Shown in pieces: positions 37,001 through 50,649 of a stretch of DNA of 64,000 nucleotides. A program made the position numbers and the translations under genes. This DNA comes from Raillietiella orientalis (Eukaryota). The first letter of the stretch is position 1; each line of letters begins with the position of its first letter. The stretch spans positions 620,001-684,000 of the forward strand of contig JAYWIR010000051.1 in the NCBI GenBank assembly GCA_036172245.1, read 5' to 3'. A model generated the notes under the pieces. That model did no database searches. It was given only the letters and a program-made list of their open reading frames with translations, and had not been told where the DNA came from.

Positions 37001-40000
37001 TCCGGGCAGAGATCTACCCCGCAGGCGATGAAGTGCAAGGCTGCGGTCTCGCTTGCTCTTCGCCGTCTGCAGACACCTGGCACGCCTGACGCGGGCGACC
37101 TGCTTCCCCGCGTCCAGTCGCTCTGCTCCGACGGCAACAAGGGGCTGTGGAAGCGGGTTGCGCAGGGCAACCCTGCCCGGGGAGATCCACTCGAGCCCTC
37201 CGGATGCGCGGCTGGCACGTTGCTGCCCCACAGGTGTGGTCCAGTCCCTTCATCCGGCCAGCGTCCCAGGCGAATTCCAAGCGAATGCGCGTGGCTTGAA
37301 GCACGTGCCACGTTTGGCCCTGAGCTTTCTCGGTCCGTGCCCGACGATCTCTTTCGTCTTCACTGGGTCCGGTCGTTACGAGGTCAGACGATGTCCTGGG
37401 ACAAGTTCTCATAAAGAAGGAAAATAGGGATGAACGCGAGCGCAGGACCGACCGAAGGGGGAGAAGAGCGAGTGTGCGCCGTCCCACGTTCCCAGGCAGC
37501 AGGTTCCGGGGCTGTGGGGCCCCCTGCAGCCCTGAAGAACTCCTGTCAAGCGACCTCTGCCCCGTGGCAGATAGGGCGTGCGCATCTTCTCCCCGCGCGC
37601 CGGAAGACAGGAGGGTAGTCTTCCCCGCAGGTAGGAATAGCGTCAGGGACGGGCTCGTTTCCTGCGGGAAGATCGTCGTGGTCGCCGCGGTGGTCGACCA
37701 CTATGGTAACTCGGGTCGCGCGATACTAGGAACTTCTCCCTGCGCTCCTCCACCTCGACGCAAACATGGGGTGAATGCGGAAGAGTTGCGAAGATGTCCA
37801 TCGGCAATGCGGCGGTGACGGAGAGGATCGTGCAGCATCCCGTTCCCGGGGACCAACGCGGAAGAAGCGGACGCGCAGGAGGAAGGGGATTGGGGGCGTA
37901 TAACACGCTGTACCCTCCTTCCCCCTTCCCCTTCCCCTGGAGACGCCTGGCGAGCGCGTCTCCTCGTCCCCACCAAGTGAGAAGGGTCCGCCGCCATGCC
38001 TGCCCCGGGTTGCCAGGACCCCGTCTCACTCCTGATTACTACTGTACCGGGAAGAACTCGTCAGGAGGGGCTGAAACCGCAATCCCCTGTGAGCTCGGGT
38101 CGCCTCTCCTCCCGGGACGGGTCTAGTAGAGCCTTTCCGTCCAGCGGATGGTGATGATGGACCAAACGCCACCCCTCTTGCACTTGCAGGTACTGGCAAA
38201 GGTGCAAAATGGGGATTTCCTCCAGTTGTGTACCGAGGTCGACCTGCCAAGGCGGTCGACCGGGGCCTCGGAGTCCAGAGGGCGGGCGCCGGCAGACTGG
38301 CCTCCGGGGCCACTCGCAGGTCGTTCCATAGAGTTCCACGGGAACGAGAAGACGTCGCTTTGAGCGATCTATTTTAAAATAGCTTGGAATTTCCGACTCC
38401 CGCCGGGAAGGAGGTTTCGCCAGGTTTCGAAGCAGAGATCCCTGAAGGTCATTTCCAGCCACGGCTGCTGGTCTTTCTCCATGTCCAGGGACAGGTCACA
38501 CGGGAGTCCGCGGAACTTCCGGAAGTTCCTCCCCCTTCTGGAGGCACTGAGGGCGCAGCGGCAGCTCGAGGCTGTGCTCGGCCGGTCTACCCGTGGTCAA
38601 AGCGTGGAGATGGGGGATGCTTTGCCAGCAGCAGCACCCAGGTGGGAGCCGCACTGACTGCACGCACCTCTTCAGTGAAGTCCCGCGGTTCCTCTCCGGC
38701 CTGTACGTTCCGCCGAACGGGGGCGAGTGACAGGGTGGGGGCGAGAGACGGGTGCAACATAGTTGCGAGCCCGGGATCTCACAGAAAGGCAGCCAGTGCC
38801 TCCTCGGCCTTCTGGAAAGGGGAACCGCGTCCTAACCGGTTCCGGGAGCAGCGGTGTCCACGCAACCCCGGTGACGAGTCCTCACCTTTTCCTCCCGACG
38901 CGCGCAACAGGATGAACGGGAGCCGCACCCGGAAGGGTTGCCGCCGGAGGCACGCGGGCCGAGGCTGCTCCGAGAGACTTTCGCGGTCGCCGTCATAGAG
39001 CGCCGCTTTCTCCCCCCCTCTCCCCCTCTATCCACTAGGAAAAGGCGGTGGCAGGTGGCAAGGAGACGAGACTGCCTCCTGAGAGCTCGCGTGCGCCCAA
39101 GCCCCGGGCTGCAAGGAGCGGGTTTCCCGGACAATGAGCGGCACGGGAAAATCCAGAGCCGGTGGTGAGAACCAGCGGACGCGATTTCACGGGAAAGGTC
39201 TGGCCGTCCCCCTCTACGCCCCCTTGAGGCGTAGAGAGGCGGCTCACGACTCAGGAGCCCGCCGAACCCCTCTCTAGGAGGGAACGAGAAGCAGAGGTCA
39301 AGCGCCGAATATCCTGAATGTGGCAGAAGCTGCCGCACTTGCGGGTCACAATCTGATGTGGCGCTTGCATCATCCCAATGCTGCCTGCTGCCTGTCACGT
39401 GACGTTCAAGCGCAACTCCTCCCCTTCTCTTCCTTTCTCATGCTCGTCGGCAGCGCTGAGGCCGTCGTCTGTCTGTCTGCGGGAAGAGAGCGGGGCAGCC
39501 GATCAGAGCGCGAGAGGAGCGCCTCGGAAGCGCCGCTCCATCCGACCGGGATGCGAGCAGCTGGCACGATACCCGTCAGGTCGTTCCTGCGCCCCACCGT
39601 CCGCGGTCACCTTTCCGGGCTCTCCGAGGCCGTCGTGAAGGCCACACGGAAGGCCACACGCACGCCATGCTTCCTGCTCTCAAGAGAGTTCGAGGGAAAG
39701 CGAAAAGGCTGGCTACTCGAACCCTCGGGAGCATGTCGTTTCGGGCAGAGTAAGGATGGCTGCGCGCTGTCCCGCCTAGCCGTCTTCGCGCGTGCCGATC
39801 TAATCCAGGATTCAAACCCGAGAGGGCGGCGGGGGTCGAAATGGTGCTTCCAGCAACGGAACCCTCGGTGGAGGGCGCTCCCAGAAGCTGCTGCACGTCT
39901 CTGGCAACTCGCGACCAGCGGCCGAAGAACAGATCTCGGTCACGAGGCGAAGTGGTCGGGAAGGGCGAAAACCAGGAGTGACACCGCCTCAGGGTTAGCC

Positions 40001-41704
40001 TTCGCGGACGCGGCCCAGCTCGGTGCTTACGGGAGGGCGATGGCGGGCGGGGATGCGAACTCGAACCGGCCCCTCACCTCTGGTGCGTCCCTGGCTGGGA
40101 TGCAGGGTCGCCACCGTGTCCTCTGGAGGCAGTTGCAGTGTAAGAATGATCGGGGCATCAAGAGCGCAGCGGTAGCTCCGGGTGCTCGAAAGTGCAAGAA
40201 GGGTCGGAGATGCGCTCGAGGGATTTTCCATCAAAGACCGGCTTCCTCCCTCCAGCCGGACCTCTCGTCGCCGGCCATTCCAGGAGCGGAAGAAGAAAAC
40301 CTGCCTGCAGCAGCAGCGTCGAGGAGGCTTTCGGAATTCAAGTAAGCAGAGCGGCGTCCGAGGGTTCGAGTTTCCCTCTTCCGCGCTTCAAATGGGTTCG
40401 AAGAGTGAATCCACCGGTGGTTCCCACTGCTTCCGGAGCCAACGCCAGGATCGTTCCACTGCGAACACCCATGCGCCACCGTTCTCGAGCCGCCACGAGT
40501 CTCCCGTCTACGCGAGCTCTACCGACCCGACGAAAGCGGGACGGTAGTAGTTGCGTTCAGAGGGGAAAGGAGATCGGAAGACAGGAGTCGAGATGGCAAG
40601 CAGGTGACCTGGGGTGGGAAGCTTTCTGACGGGAAGGGTAGCGCAGCGAGCGATCCCGGCCTCGGCTTCCCCTTTTCGGGGAGCGGGAAGCGGAGCGATC
40701 GGGGGCGGCAGGAGAGAACCGAAGGCAGGATTTCCGGGAGGAACTTTTCCCCGAAATTCGCTCCTTCCAGGTGTTCTCGCGTGAGCGGAGTCGTGCTTGG
40801 TGCGACGACACCGCTGTTGCCGAGGAGCGGGATGGAACCCGGAGGATGAGGCAACAGCATCAGGGGGTGCTGCCAAACAAAATACAAACAAAGGGCTCCG
40901 CATTTGTGCGAAAAGCGCGTACCCGACGGACGGAGGCCGAAGACGACTCACCGCGACTTCAGCTGTTGATAGGAGACGTACGCGAAAATGGCGAACGCAC
41001 GTATGCACAACTAAAGGAAGGAGAAGGGGGGGGGGGTTCGGGAGCACAACAACGAACATGCTCTCGAGACAGGAGAGTACCTCACCAGGATCGCAGACTC
41101 CCTGGTAAAATCACTCGCACTGCTGCTAGAAGCGCTCTGGTGGAATTGCTATGGTATGCCCGGGACTCTCCATCAGACTGGAAACACTCGCTAGGAACGG
41201 GAGTGCCTTTCTCGGATACCAGACGGAGTTTGGGGGGCCACCGAAACCACAGATGCTAAATGGATTGGACTGTGGCATAATTCTGCTCTGTCCAGAAAAG
41301 ATCGCAGAGGGTTTTCCCAGCTGCTAGAGTGTCCTTCAGATTCCAAAAGCATGGCACAGTCATTCATTCGTGATGCCGCTTCCTCTATCAGTATTAAGAA
41401 AAATAGCACAAAGCATACAACAGCAAAATCGAATCACTAAACCAATTCTTTTATGAGTAGGACATTACTATTTATCTGTGGGTCTGGTTTTGTCTCGTCT
41501 CGAAAGAGGATATGGTGGAAATCTCAGTAAATTGAATAATTTCGGTTTTGATCCCACGTGACTTCCGTAAAGGCAAACAAAGCACGCGTTTAGAACGATT
41601 CGGTCGATCTGATCTCAAGAACAGCTGGTCTCCGTTCAAATTACAAATCACTGATGGCCGTCTCTGCTTCAGTCTAAGAGAATGCAAAAAGAGAAAGAGC
41701 TACC

Positions 41705-41815
41705 GAGCACAAGCAAAGCAACAATGGGAGCAGAACAACAATGCAGGGACGACAATAAGAGCAGAGAGACAATGGGAGCGGAACAACAATGCGAGCACAA
41801 CGACAATGCGAGTCG
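41705..41815. repeat. Degenerate minisatellite (acaatgggagc-gaacaacaatgc units)
   Basis: acaatgggagcagaacaacaatgc recurs as acaatgggagcggaacaacaatgc, with periodic acaat. Confidence 0.7.
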
Positions 41816-43349
41816 ACTGCCGTCAGGAGTCGAACACGCATTAAATATACCGTGAGAAGAGTTTTAAAATTATCAGTCATCAAATTGCTGTAGCTTGTGC
41901 AATGTTTCGTTACTAACATCCAAAGAACCATAACAGAAAGATTTGTCACGGAAAACTCTTGATGGCACCCGTTCAAGAAACCCGCCAGTGCCCTGAGACC
42001 CAGAGACAAGTCTTGAAGGATGTCCGGGTAAAATCTGACTTCCCTCCTCCAAAAAAAGAGAGAAAGAAGAAGGGAACATCAATAGATTCTACGTGTTTCA
42101 AATTCCAGAAACAGCGGAGGCGAAAGATGGCGAGAGTCGAAAATGCGCTCCGAGGAGCAATTGTACATCTACAAGCGCATCTATTGAGATCAAAGACCCA
42201 ACCTGCCCAGGTCAGCATGCGGGAGAAACGGTGCAAGCATTGAGCAATCAAGGAAGACAGGAAGATGGGGTGTGCGGCGACGAGGGAAACCAAGAGCAGG
42301 GCTGCTTGATGAGCATCGGGATACGGAAATTTCCTCAGGGTGGGGCCAGAATGTTCCGCGATCTTCGATTCATGACTATGAAAACGGAAAGCAATCGTGA
42401 GTTGCCCCCCATCTGATGGGATGGGGAATGCACTTGTGGTCCCGGACGAACGGGGAGGGGACACGGACGCGCGAGGCGCAGGGCATCCCTCCGCCGATGC
42501 CGCGGAACTGTGGTTTCCAATTACTCACGCGCGCCTCGGTCACGCTCGTTTCCGGTTGCTGAACGACGGAATGAGCGACCGTCAGTGGGTGCGTGCGCTC
42601 ACACTTCCTCCCCCCTTAAGGGCGCGTCCTCCCCTCAGTGGACAGGAGGAGAACGCGGAGGAACCTCAAGAGAGCAGAGATCGATTCCCAGGACGAACAA
42701 TCGCGGAGCAACGCGCAACTCCGGGGGAGTGCTGGATGGGGCGGGGAGGGGGCACCGAACGGAATCCTTCCTCAGCTGGACGGCATCCAGGAGGAACTTC
42801 TCCCCCCCGCGCGTGCTGCGCTACTCCCCCCCTCCTCTTCCGGTTGCGCGCCTCGCAGGATCCTCCTCGTTTGCGGTCTCATACGACGGAGGGAGCAGAG
42901 GCGCGGACGCCCCCCGTCGTTGAAAAAAATTCGCTCCTCGTTTTTCCCTGAAAAGTTCTTTCGATTGCGCTCTGGAACGCGTTCGGCTCCTCTTTTTGTG
43001 CCCTCGGAGGGGTTTCGGCCCGGAGGGAGGCGATCGTTTTCGCCTGTTTGGCATTCTGAAGACCTCTCTCCCTCCCCTCCCGAATTCCGGTCTCTTCCCG
43101 CGTCGCAGGCAGCTGACGCGCTCTCGCGGAATTGATTTCCCAGGAAGAAGCGCGCGCTCCGCAACCGGTCGGCCCATCGCGGCGGCCACGACGACGCGCG
43201 CCGAGGTTTCGGCGTCTCTTCTCACTCCCCCGCCGCATCTGCGTCCTGGAGGGACGAGCTCTCCCTTTCCTTCCCGAGGGTATTTCCGCGCGCGTTTCCA
43301 AAAACGCCCCGCGGCGAGGTTCTATCCGAGATGATGGCGACGTTTTCCT

Positions 43350-44100
43350 GGGAGGGAGAGCGGACCGAGGGTGGTCCGACGACCCGCGCCAAGCGGGAAG
43401 TCTGGATGCAGGCGCGGGATGCGAGCGCCTTGCGGAAGGCGGCGAGCGCGGCTCCGAGAGTCGAGGCATCCCCAGATCGTATGCCACCTCGTGCGCGCCC
43501 GCGAGGAGGAAAACTTAGCGCTGCGTGCCAATCTTCCACGCCCAGGATGTACCGCTCCTCCTCGCAACAGGAGCTCGGCGAAACTCCTGCCACCAGAGCG
43601 CCCCCTTTTCCGGCTTGCGTCGAAGGAGACGCGCGCGCCTGCGTTAAGGATGCCGAGGCTGCACAGAAAAGCGTCCGGAGGCCCCTCGGCGAGAGAGGTC
43701 TCCATCCGGGACAGCAATCGCGTCCTCCCCGCCTCATCCGTGCCATCAGAAACCAAACGTTTTCCTGGTTGTCCCGCGCACGGTGAACGCGGCTCCGTCC
43801 CATTACAGCCTTGTCCCTAATCCCCGACGGATCCCTTCTGGGAGGGATCCCTCCCCCATCAAGACAATCAATGGGCGTGTCCTCACCCGCAGCAGCTGCA
43901 ACTGTCCTTCCGGGACTCCACTCGCTTCCTCCCTTTCGGTAGCTGGACGAGGCAGCGACCCGAAAGTGCCCTCGACGTCGTGATGCCCCGCTCCACGGAA
44001 GAGCCGCTTCCGCCAGGCGACCACCCGTCTGGCGATCCGGACCCCTTCCAGAAGAGGCCAAGGTTTCCGCGATGAGCTCGCTGTCCCCCGTCGCCTCGCT
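43350..44100 (-). mobile_element. Decayed non-LTR RT fragment
   Basis: GEGSLPEG, RRGGRDCCPGWRPLS (~KGD..C.NYRPIS), EEERY, AAFRKAL (~D..KAF) in the expected order. Confidence 0.3.
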
Positions 44101-47100
44101 GCCGCCCGATTCTCTGAGTGCTCCCTCCGCCTGTGTGGAGGGGCACTCAGCATTGACCCGCTCCTCTTTGCAGCTGTGGCTTCCGGCAGAACTCCTTCTC
44201 CTCCTTCGCGCAGGGGGGCGGGGAGGGAGGTCACGGTCAAATTTTTCGGCCTGAACCTCGCTGGTAGGTGACCTCGTTTGCGGAAGGTGCCGCTGGTCAT
44301 CCGCGAAGCCGGAGGCGCCTTCCTCGGCCCGGTGCCTCCTCCTCCGTCCCCGCTCCCGACCTACTGCTGGCGCGCCGCAATCCTCCTCGGATCCACTCGG
44401 GAGCTGCTTCGCCTCCCCCTTCCTCTCCCTTCCCAAATTTTGCGGACGTCCGGTCGAGGTCCGTTCACGAAAGGAACTTTCGTGACGGACTGCCTCTGCT
44501 GTTGACGCTCTCAGGGGACGGCGACTTGGTCTGCTCCCCCCCTCGCGCCCCCTGAACCTCCAGGGGGTCCTCGGCGGCAAGCGGGCCTTCTGGAGGACCG
44601 CCTTCAAGAGGGACCACAGCGTGGTCGAACTCGTCGGAGGGTCCCTCAGAGCACGCGGTTCCTCCCCTTGCGGTCTTAGTGCCGCATTCTCGCTGCTCGT
44701 GAGGCGGCTCGTTCTCGTGGAAACGGCTTGCCCAGAGACCATCATCACCCCACCCATCCCTTTTCCTGCATCTCCCAAGTTCAGGTTCCACCTCGAGTCC
44801 GTCTTTTGCTGCGGCGCCTTCTCATCGCATTCACGAGAGGCGAGGGTAGGGTGGGGTGGGCAGCGGAGCTTCCGAATTTCCTGCGGCCGGGAGAGTCGAC
44901 TGTGGAGGGGCGATCCATCCAGGGAGCGAAAGTAACTGTCGTGAAATGCCTTTCTGGGCTTCCAGGCACAGGGAGACTACACGGCGCGAGGAGGAGAACG
45001 CGGCAGGGAGGGAGGGCTGCCTGCAAGGCATTGGCGACCCCGCACCACTCGGTCCGCAAACGGACCCAACCGGACCAAAGAGGAAGTCGGTAGATGTCAA
45101 GGATCAGCAACGCTCCCTGCGGCGGCTGCTCCGAGAAGACGCTCAGGGAAGACACCCGTCGCGAGGGGAGAAGAAGGGGGGTAGGGCAGGGCGAATAGGG
45201 AAGCGGAAGTCCGCGCGCAGGGTTCGGAGGGGATACGTCGCAAATCCCGGAAACTTTCCGTTGCGACCTCTCCGGTGACAGGCACCGTCCCCCGGAGCGT
45301 CCCACATCTGCCGGTGCAACGTGGACGCGAGGACCGCCGACGAAGGACGCCAAGACGCTTTCCCGACTTCTCTCCCGCTCCGGGAGGTCGCCAGTGCTGC
45401 TCCGTCGGCTTCCTGAGAGCAGGGCTCCCTCGCCCTCGGGCGCCAGTGGACGGGCGCCTCCGCGAGGTCGGTCGCACGTCCTCGGAGACGAAAAGGGGAC
45501 CCACCTGAAGAGGGAGGGAGGAGGGAGGGGAGGAGGAAAGGTCTGGAGGGAATCGATCCCATGGACCCACTAGAGGACTCGGAGAATAGCGCGGCCTTCT
45601 AGAGTGCCGACGTCACTCCAGGCGTAGGGCAGTCACGAGGGGCGATTCCCGGAGCAGCGGCGCTCGGGAAGCGGCGAGTGCTTCCTTCTCGGATGGGGCC
45701 CACCGTCATTGGAAAAAGGGGGAGGGAGACATGGTTGCCAGGAGAAAGCAGGAAGCTGTCCTGCTCGCGCCCAGCGACCAGGAAGACGATGCGTTCCTCT
45801 CCTGCGCGCCCCAGCCCGCGGACAAACTCCCTGACTGTCCGCCTGAGGAAGCGCGCTGTCGCGATCAAGTTTCCTCGTGCGCTCGGTCTGTGGTCACTTG
45901 CGACTCCAGGAGGACGCCCGGGTCATCCGAGCCGGGGAGCACTCGAAGGAGCGGATCTTCACCTTCGGTAGCGGTGTGCGCAACGTGGTCGTGGCGCCGA
46001 CACGAAAATGTGACGGCGGGGTCGACAACGCCTGCTCCCCCTCCCCCTCGGGCAGCGAGGCTAGGGCCTCCGCGCTCCCGTCGGCTCCACTGTCCTGGAG
46101 CACAGGACACGCGGCGCAGAGCGACCGGCCGCCTTTCACTCCCTTCAGGGGTCGTCCGGCAGCCGCCGTTTCGTCGCCGCGGCCCCTGGCGCCGTGCGTG
46201 CGTCACTCGACGACCTGAGAGCCGGCTGCGACGGAAAGGTCGTCTCCATCGGCGCCGGGGAAGGGAGACACCCGGAAGCTTGTTCGGGTAGGCGACCGCT
46301 CCGCCGTCTCTGGGAGCCCCGCGAGGGCGAATAACGGCGAGAGTCCGAGAACGGGTTCGGGCGGGAGGGGAGGAGGTGACCACCCCTCCGTACGAACGAC
46401 GATTCCGAGCTCCCGAACCGAAGTGCGCGTTCAAACGGAACGGGAGCAGCACGCCGTCTGTCTCTGCGTTGGTCACCCTCAGGATGGTGACAGCATTCCT
46501 TAATGGCAGAGTTACCAAGCCAGGGAATGACGATGCATGTCCCGTAAACGTACGCGCACACACGTGCACTCCTATACGAGCATGCACTGAAAAATGTACG
46601 GGTCTACAAAGCGTACAGGGTGCCTCCCTTCCCCGTGCACACAGCTGCATTCATTCGCCTTCTCGAGTTTCTCAGGTGGCTCGTCTGGAGGAAGACGGTG
46701 TGACAGCGAATGCTCTCGAGGAGCCCCGTCGCCATCGTCGTTCGCGGGCCATCGGCTTATCGAGGGTGGGCAGAGGGGTCCCGTCTGTAGGCGCCATCGG
46801 TTTGGAAGGATTCGAACGCGGCAGGCGCGGAACGCTCTCACCCCAAGAGCCCTATGAGAGTTTCGCGCGGCGCGCTCCCAGACTTTGCGCAGGATCGAGT
46901 AAGAATGATCGCTACCAACCTCGCGGATCTCTAGGAAGAGAAGCCATAAAACAAGAAGGGGAAGAAAGAAAAGATGGTGGTCACGGACTGGGAGAACCTC
47001 GCGTCATCATTGGTCAATGAGAAGGTCGCGGAGGCGGGACGCCGCGCCCTTCGCGAGCGGCCACGGCGCCGCCACCTCAGAAAACGCGCCAATCCGCGGC

Positions 47101-49424
47101 GCTCACCGGGCGAAAACGCTGCCCACTGGGAAGTTCCCCCTCCCTCCTCCTCTTTTCGTCTTGGAGAACACTTTACTTTACCAACGAGTCGGGGACGACG
47201 CTTGACGTCGTCGTGGATCAAGAAAACATTGCCCTGCGGAAGCACCCAGAGGTGCAGGGCGGACTGGGGCGAGCGGAGTGTGGGGGCTGGGCGGATGGCT
47301 TCGAAGACACGACCGAGATTCCGCCCTCTCTCGGACGCGTGGCATCCGCAGGGGCCAGCTGGGAGCACGGCCGCCGCGGTTCCCTTTTGCGGGGAGCGGC
47401 GCATGTCATCCCCAGCTCCCGGCAGCGCAATTGATTTCACTCCCCGTGATCAGGAGCCCTCGATAAGCTGCCAGGAATGTGCAGCGTGGCGCGAAACGAA
47501 GAGCCGCCGCCGGAACCGCCGCCATTCAAACAAAACGAGGAAACCGGCCCAAGGATTCGCCTACCCTTCCCAAGTCTTTGCGTGATGGCAAGGAGTGTCT
47601 CCTTATCTCTCCTCCTCACCTCCTCCCTCCCCCCCCCCTTTTTTTTTTCCTTTTTGGTTTTTTTTTTTCCTTCCCTTCTCCCGAAATGGAAGCATCTTCC
47701 CTTATTCCCTGTGCTCGTTTGCAACACCGGAAAACCTCGAATTTCCACGCTCCCTCTGCCCACTTTCGCTTTCAGACTGCGGCTTTCGGAACTACGGAGG
47801 CGCCTCTTGACAGCTGAGGGGGAGGGGGAGGGGGACGCGTGGATGGCCGTTGCTTAGCGAAGGCCAAAAAGCTGGACAAAGAGAGAGAGAGAGTTCTGTG
47901 CGTGGAAAGGGAAGGAAGCACTTTGCTACTCAAAGCAGTGGAACACTTCGACCAGGGGCAGAAGGAAGCCGTGCACGTGCACGCATGCCCCGATTTGCAC
48001 ACTGCCCTGTTGGGCGCGGGAAAGGAAAGCTGCGAGAATTCACGCCAACGGCTCGAAAACATGACGAAAAGATGGCGACGCTGCCCATCGGACAAGAATC
48101 GAAATTTCATCCCTCTCTCCCTCCCTTCCTTTTTTTTTTTAAAAAAAAAAAAAAAGAAAGAAAACAAGGAAGAAAAGGGAAAAAGATATCCTCCTGTTCC
48201 TCCGCGAGAGAAATTTCTGGAAGATCACCGGGAGAAGAAAGTGCTCGATCGCGTGTATCCAAGCAGCGGTCCCAACGTTCTCTCAGCGGCCCAAAATTTC
48301 CTCGAGCTGACTGAGGCAGCGCTCGCATGCGGTCGCGTTTCTTGGCGAGCGGATGCCTGGTTGTCTTTCGAAAATAGCTGGCACCTTGGAGCGCGCGCCA
48401 TCGCTCAGGTGTCCGTTCAAGCCCCGGCGCGAGATTGAGCTCGGTTTCCGCCCCGATTAACCGCAGACACCTCAGGAGGTTTTCGGGAAGAGATGGGGAT
48501 GCCTCGTAGCCGATACAGGGTCGGCGTTGCTACGCAATCCCCCCAAAGAGCGCTCTTCCCATCCACACGCACAACCGCTTTCGTCTGATTCGAACTGGAA
48601 AAGCGCACCACGCGAAAGGTGCTCGAACGGGATGTGTGCTCTGTATCTAAGCAACGCGTCGCGTAGCATCCAACAGAGCCAGCTGCCTGCCACCACCGCC
48701 ACTGCCACAGCTCCTCCGTTCGGAATCGTCTCAGCACACACGAGCACGTTACCTTGGACGCTGGGTGGAGCAAGTTACAGAATCGCTGGCGCCCTATCGC
48801 TGAAGGTCCATCCGTGGGTAGGGGTCGACAGCACAGGCACGAATCCCCAGACCTGGAAGCAAACGGATCAGGCAAAGCAGACAGGGATCGCAGAGGTCAG
48901 CAAGGAGCGGGAGCACCGCCAAGCGCCACCACCACCGCCACCACCACCCCAAAAAAAAAAAGCCAAGCACCCCCGAGAGCTTACGAGACGCGCAGCGTTT
49001 CCTCCCCGCTTTGTGCTGAGGGGAAAAAGCCTTTGCATGCATCTGCACGCCCGCGAGTGCACAAATATCTCGTGACGACGACGTGGGATAGCAAGTGTTC
49101 AGTTCCGCGTCGGTCTTCATGCGCCCGCTCGCAGCTTCCGAGTGCACACCATGACGACTGCCTGCAATCTACCTCCTCTGCGCCAAGCTTCCCACCCCAG
49201 ACGATTTGTCGAGCCGCGGACGGGCTCGGCCTCCAGAGTGCAAGCACAGGACCCATAATCCCACGGTCGAACACGAAACCTGTGCTCATTATACACTGTT
49301 GCTTCCAGTGTACTTCGCAAACAGGTGTAAGGTTTTTTTTTTTTTTTTTTTTTTTTTGTACGTGGCCGGGAACGCGCGCGCTTATGGGCGTCTGGGTAGG
49401 GAACTGCGAAACAATTCGACTTAC

Positions 49425-49512
49425 CTACTGCAGCGCCCATCCATGCGGCGCGCGCTCGGAGGAGCACACCGCGGCGGCTCAGGAAACTGTCCCACGGAAG
49501 AGAAAAAACCAT
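49425..49512 (-). other. Candidate distal 5' exon of the CELF gene (3' boundary defined, 5' boundary unknown)
   Basis: Consensus donor TAG|gtaagt at 49424-49419. ATGs at 49512 (phase 1 exit) and 49444 (MDGRCS, phase 2 exit). AT-richer flanks with TCATTC Inr-like hexamers near 49685 and 49930. Confidence 0.35.
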
Positions 49513-50649
49513 CTGGATTCCTTATCTCCGAGCGCAATCAGCACGTCTACCGTTTCCCCCTGCATCAAAAATACATTTTCGCTAACGTGAATTAATAATA
49601 CGGAAAACGAAAAGCTCCCAAGCATCCGACGACGACGAACAGTCCGTGCAACCTCACACTCGGAAGCCTCGCCAAAATCGAATGATGAATGTTTCTAATA
49701 ACGGGGAGTGTAACTCAGCCTGCTCTTTAGGAGAACGGCGCGCCACCGTTTCCCCTGGAAACGACCGCGCAGCTTGCGCGGCGGCGCCTACACTGCCGCG
49801 ACCGGCAGGACGAATCACCTGTCGTTTCGCAACAATGGGCGAGGAAGGAAGGGAAAAAAAAGAAGGAAAAAAAAAAAAAAAACGGCGAAAAAAAACAAAA
49901 ACGGTATGGAGGTGTGGGGAGGAAGAATGAAAAAGGAAACATTCTCTTCCGCATGCACCGGGCCAAAAAAAAAGTCCGCCGTAATGCCATCTTGACATGG
50001 AGCGCCTTTTAATGGAGCGCAGAGAAACCATTCTGTTTGCTTAGCCATCTGATGGCGCAGGAACGTGTGTCAACATCCGTGCCGGAGGAGAAAGAAGGCT
50101 CTCCCGTCGCCAGGACTAGGCTCGGCGGTCTCGAGCGCGAAGCCTCGCGCAACTCTCGGGCGCGAGCTGGCAGGGGGCTTGCTGAGGAGCGAGGGAGGGG
50201 AGGAGGGGAGCAAAAGACAGTAGGAGGAGGAGGAGCAGCAGCAGAGGTGAATCCCTTTTTTTTTTTCTTCTTTGCTTCTGGAGGGGTAGCGTGCGTTCCA
50301 GTCCCACGTCGAGCTCATCGTGCGCGAGCATGCGCGATCTCTGCCCCGTTGACGCAGCAGCGGCAGCCTCACCGGCTCGGAACATGCGTTCCCTTCTCTC
50401 CACCCCTTCCCCCTCCCCCCTTCCACCCTCTCAAAGAAAGAGGAATCGGATTTCGAACGGAGATTCCGTGCTGACCTCCTTCCTCGAGGATTGCACTGCA
50501 TTTCGCTCCCTCCCTCCCCTCCTATACGGGACTGACCGAGTCCCAATCGAAATTCCCAGAATTCTCCCTCTGGGAGGATTCTGGGAATTTTCCCGCTTCT
50601 AAGCAGCTGTCCGGATGCAGTGCGTGCCTCGCCCCCTTCCCCCTACCCC

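Noticed and set aside
41950..42420. Possible transposase remnant
   Set aside because: No diagnostic motif or terminal repeats recognisable.
43222..44778. 518-aa ORF
   Set aside because: Arg/Gly/Ser/Pro-rich, no coherent domain, overlapped by ORFs in other frames; expected in GC-rich DNA and partly an RT relic.
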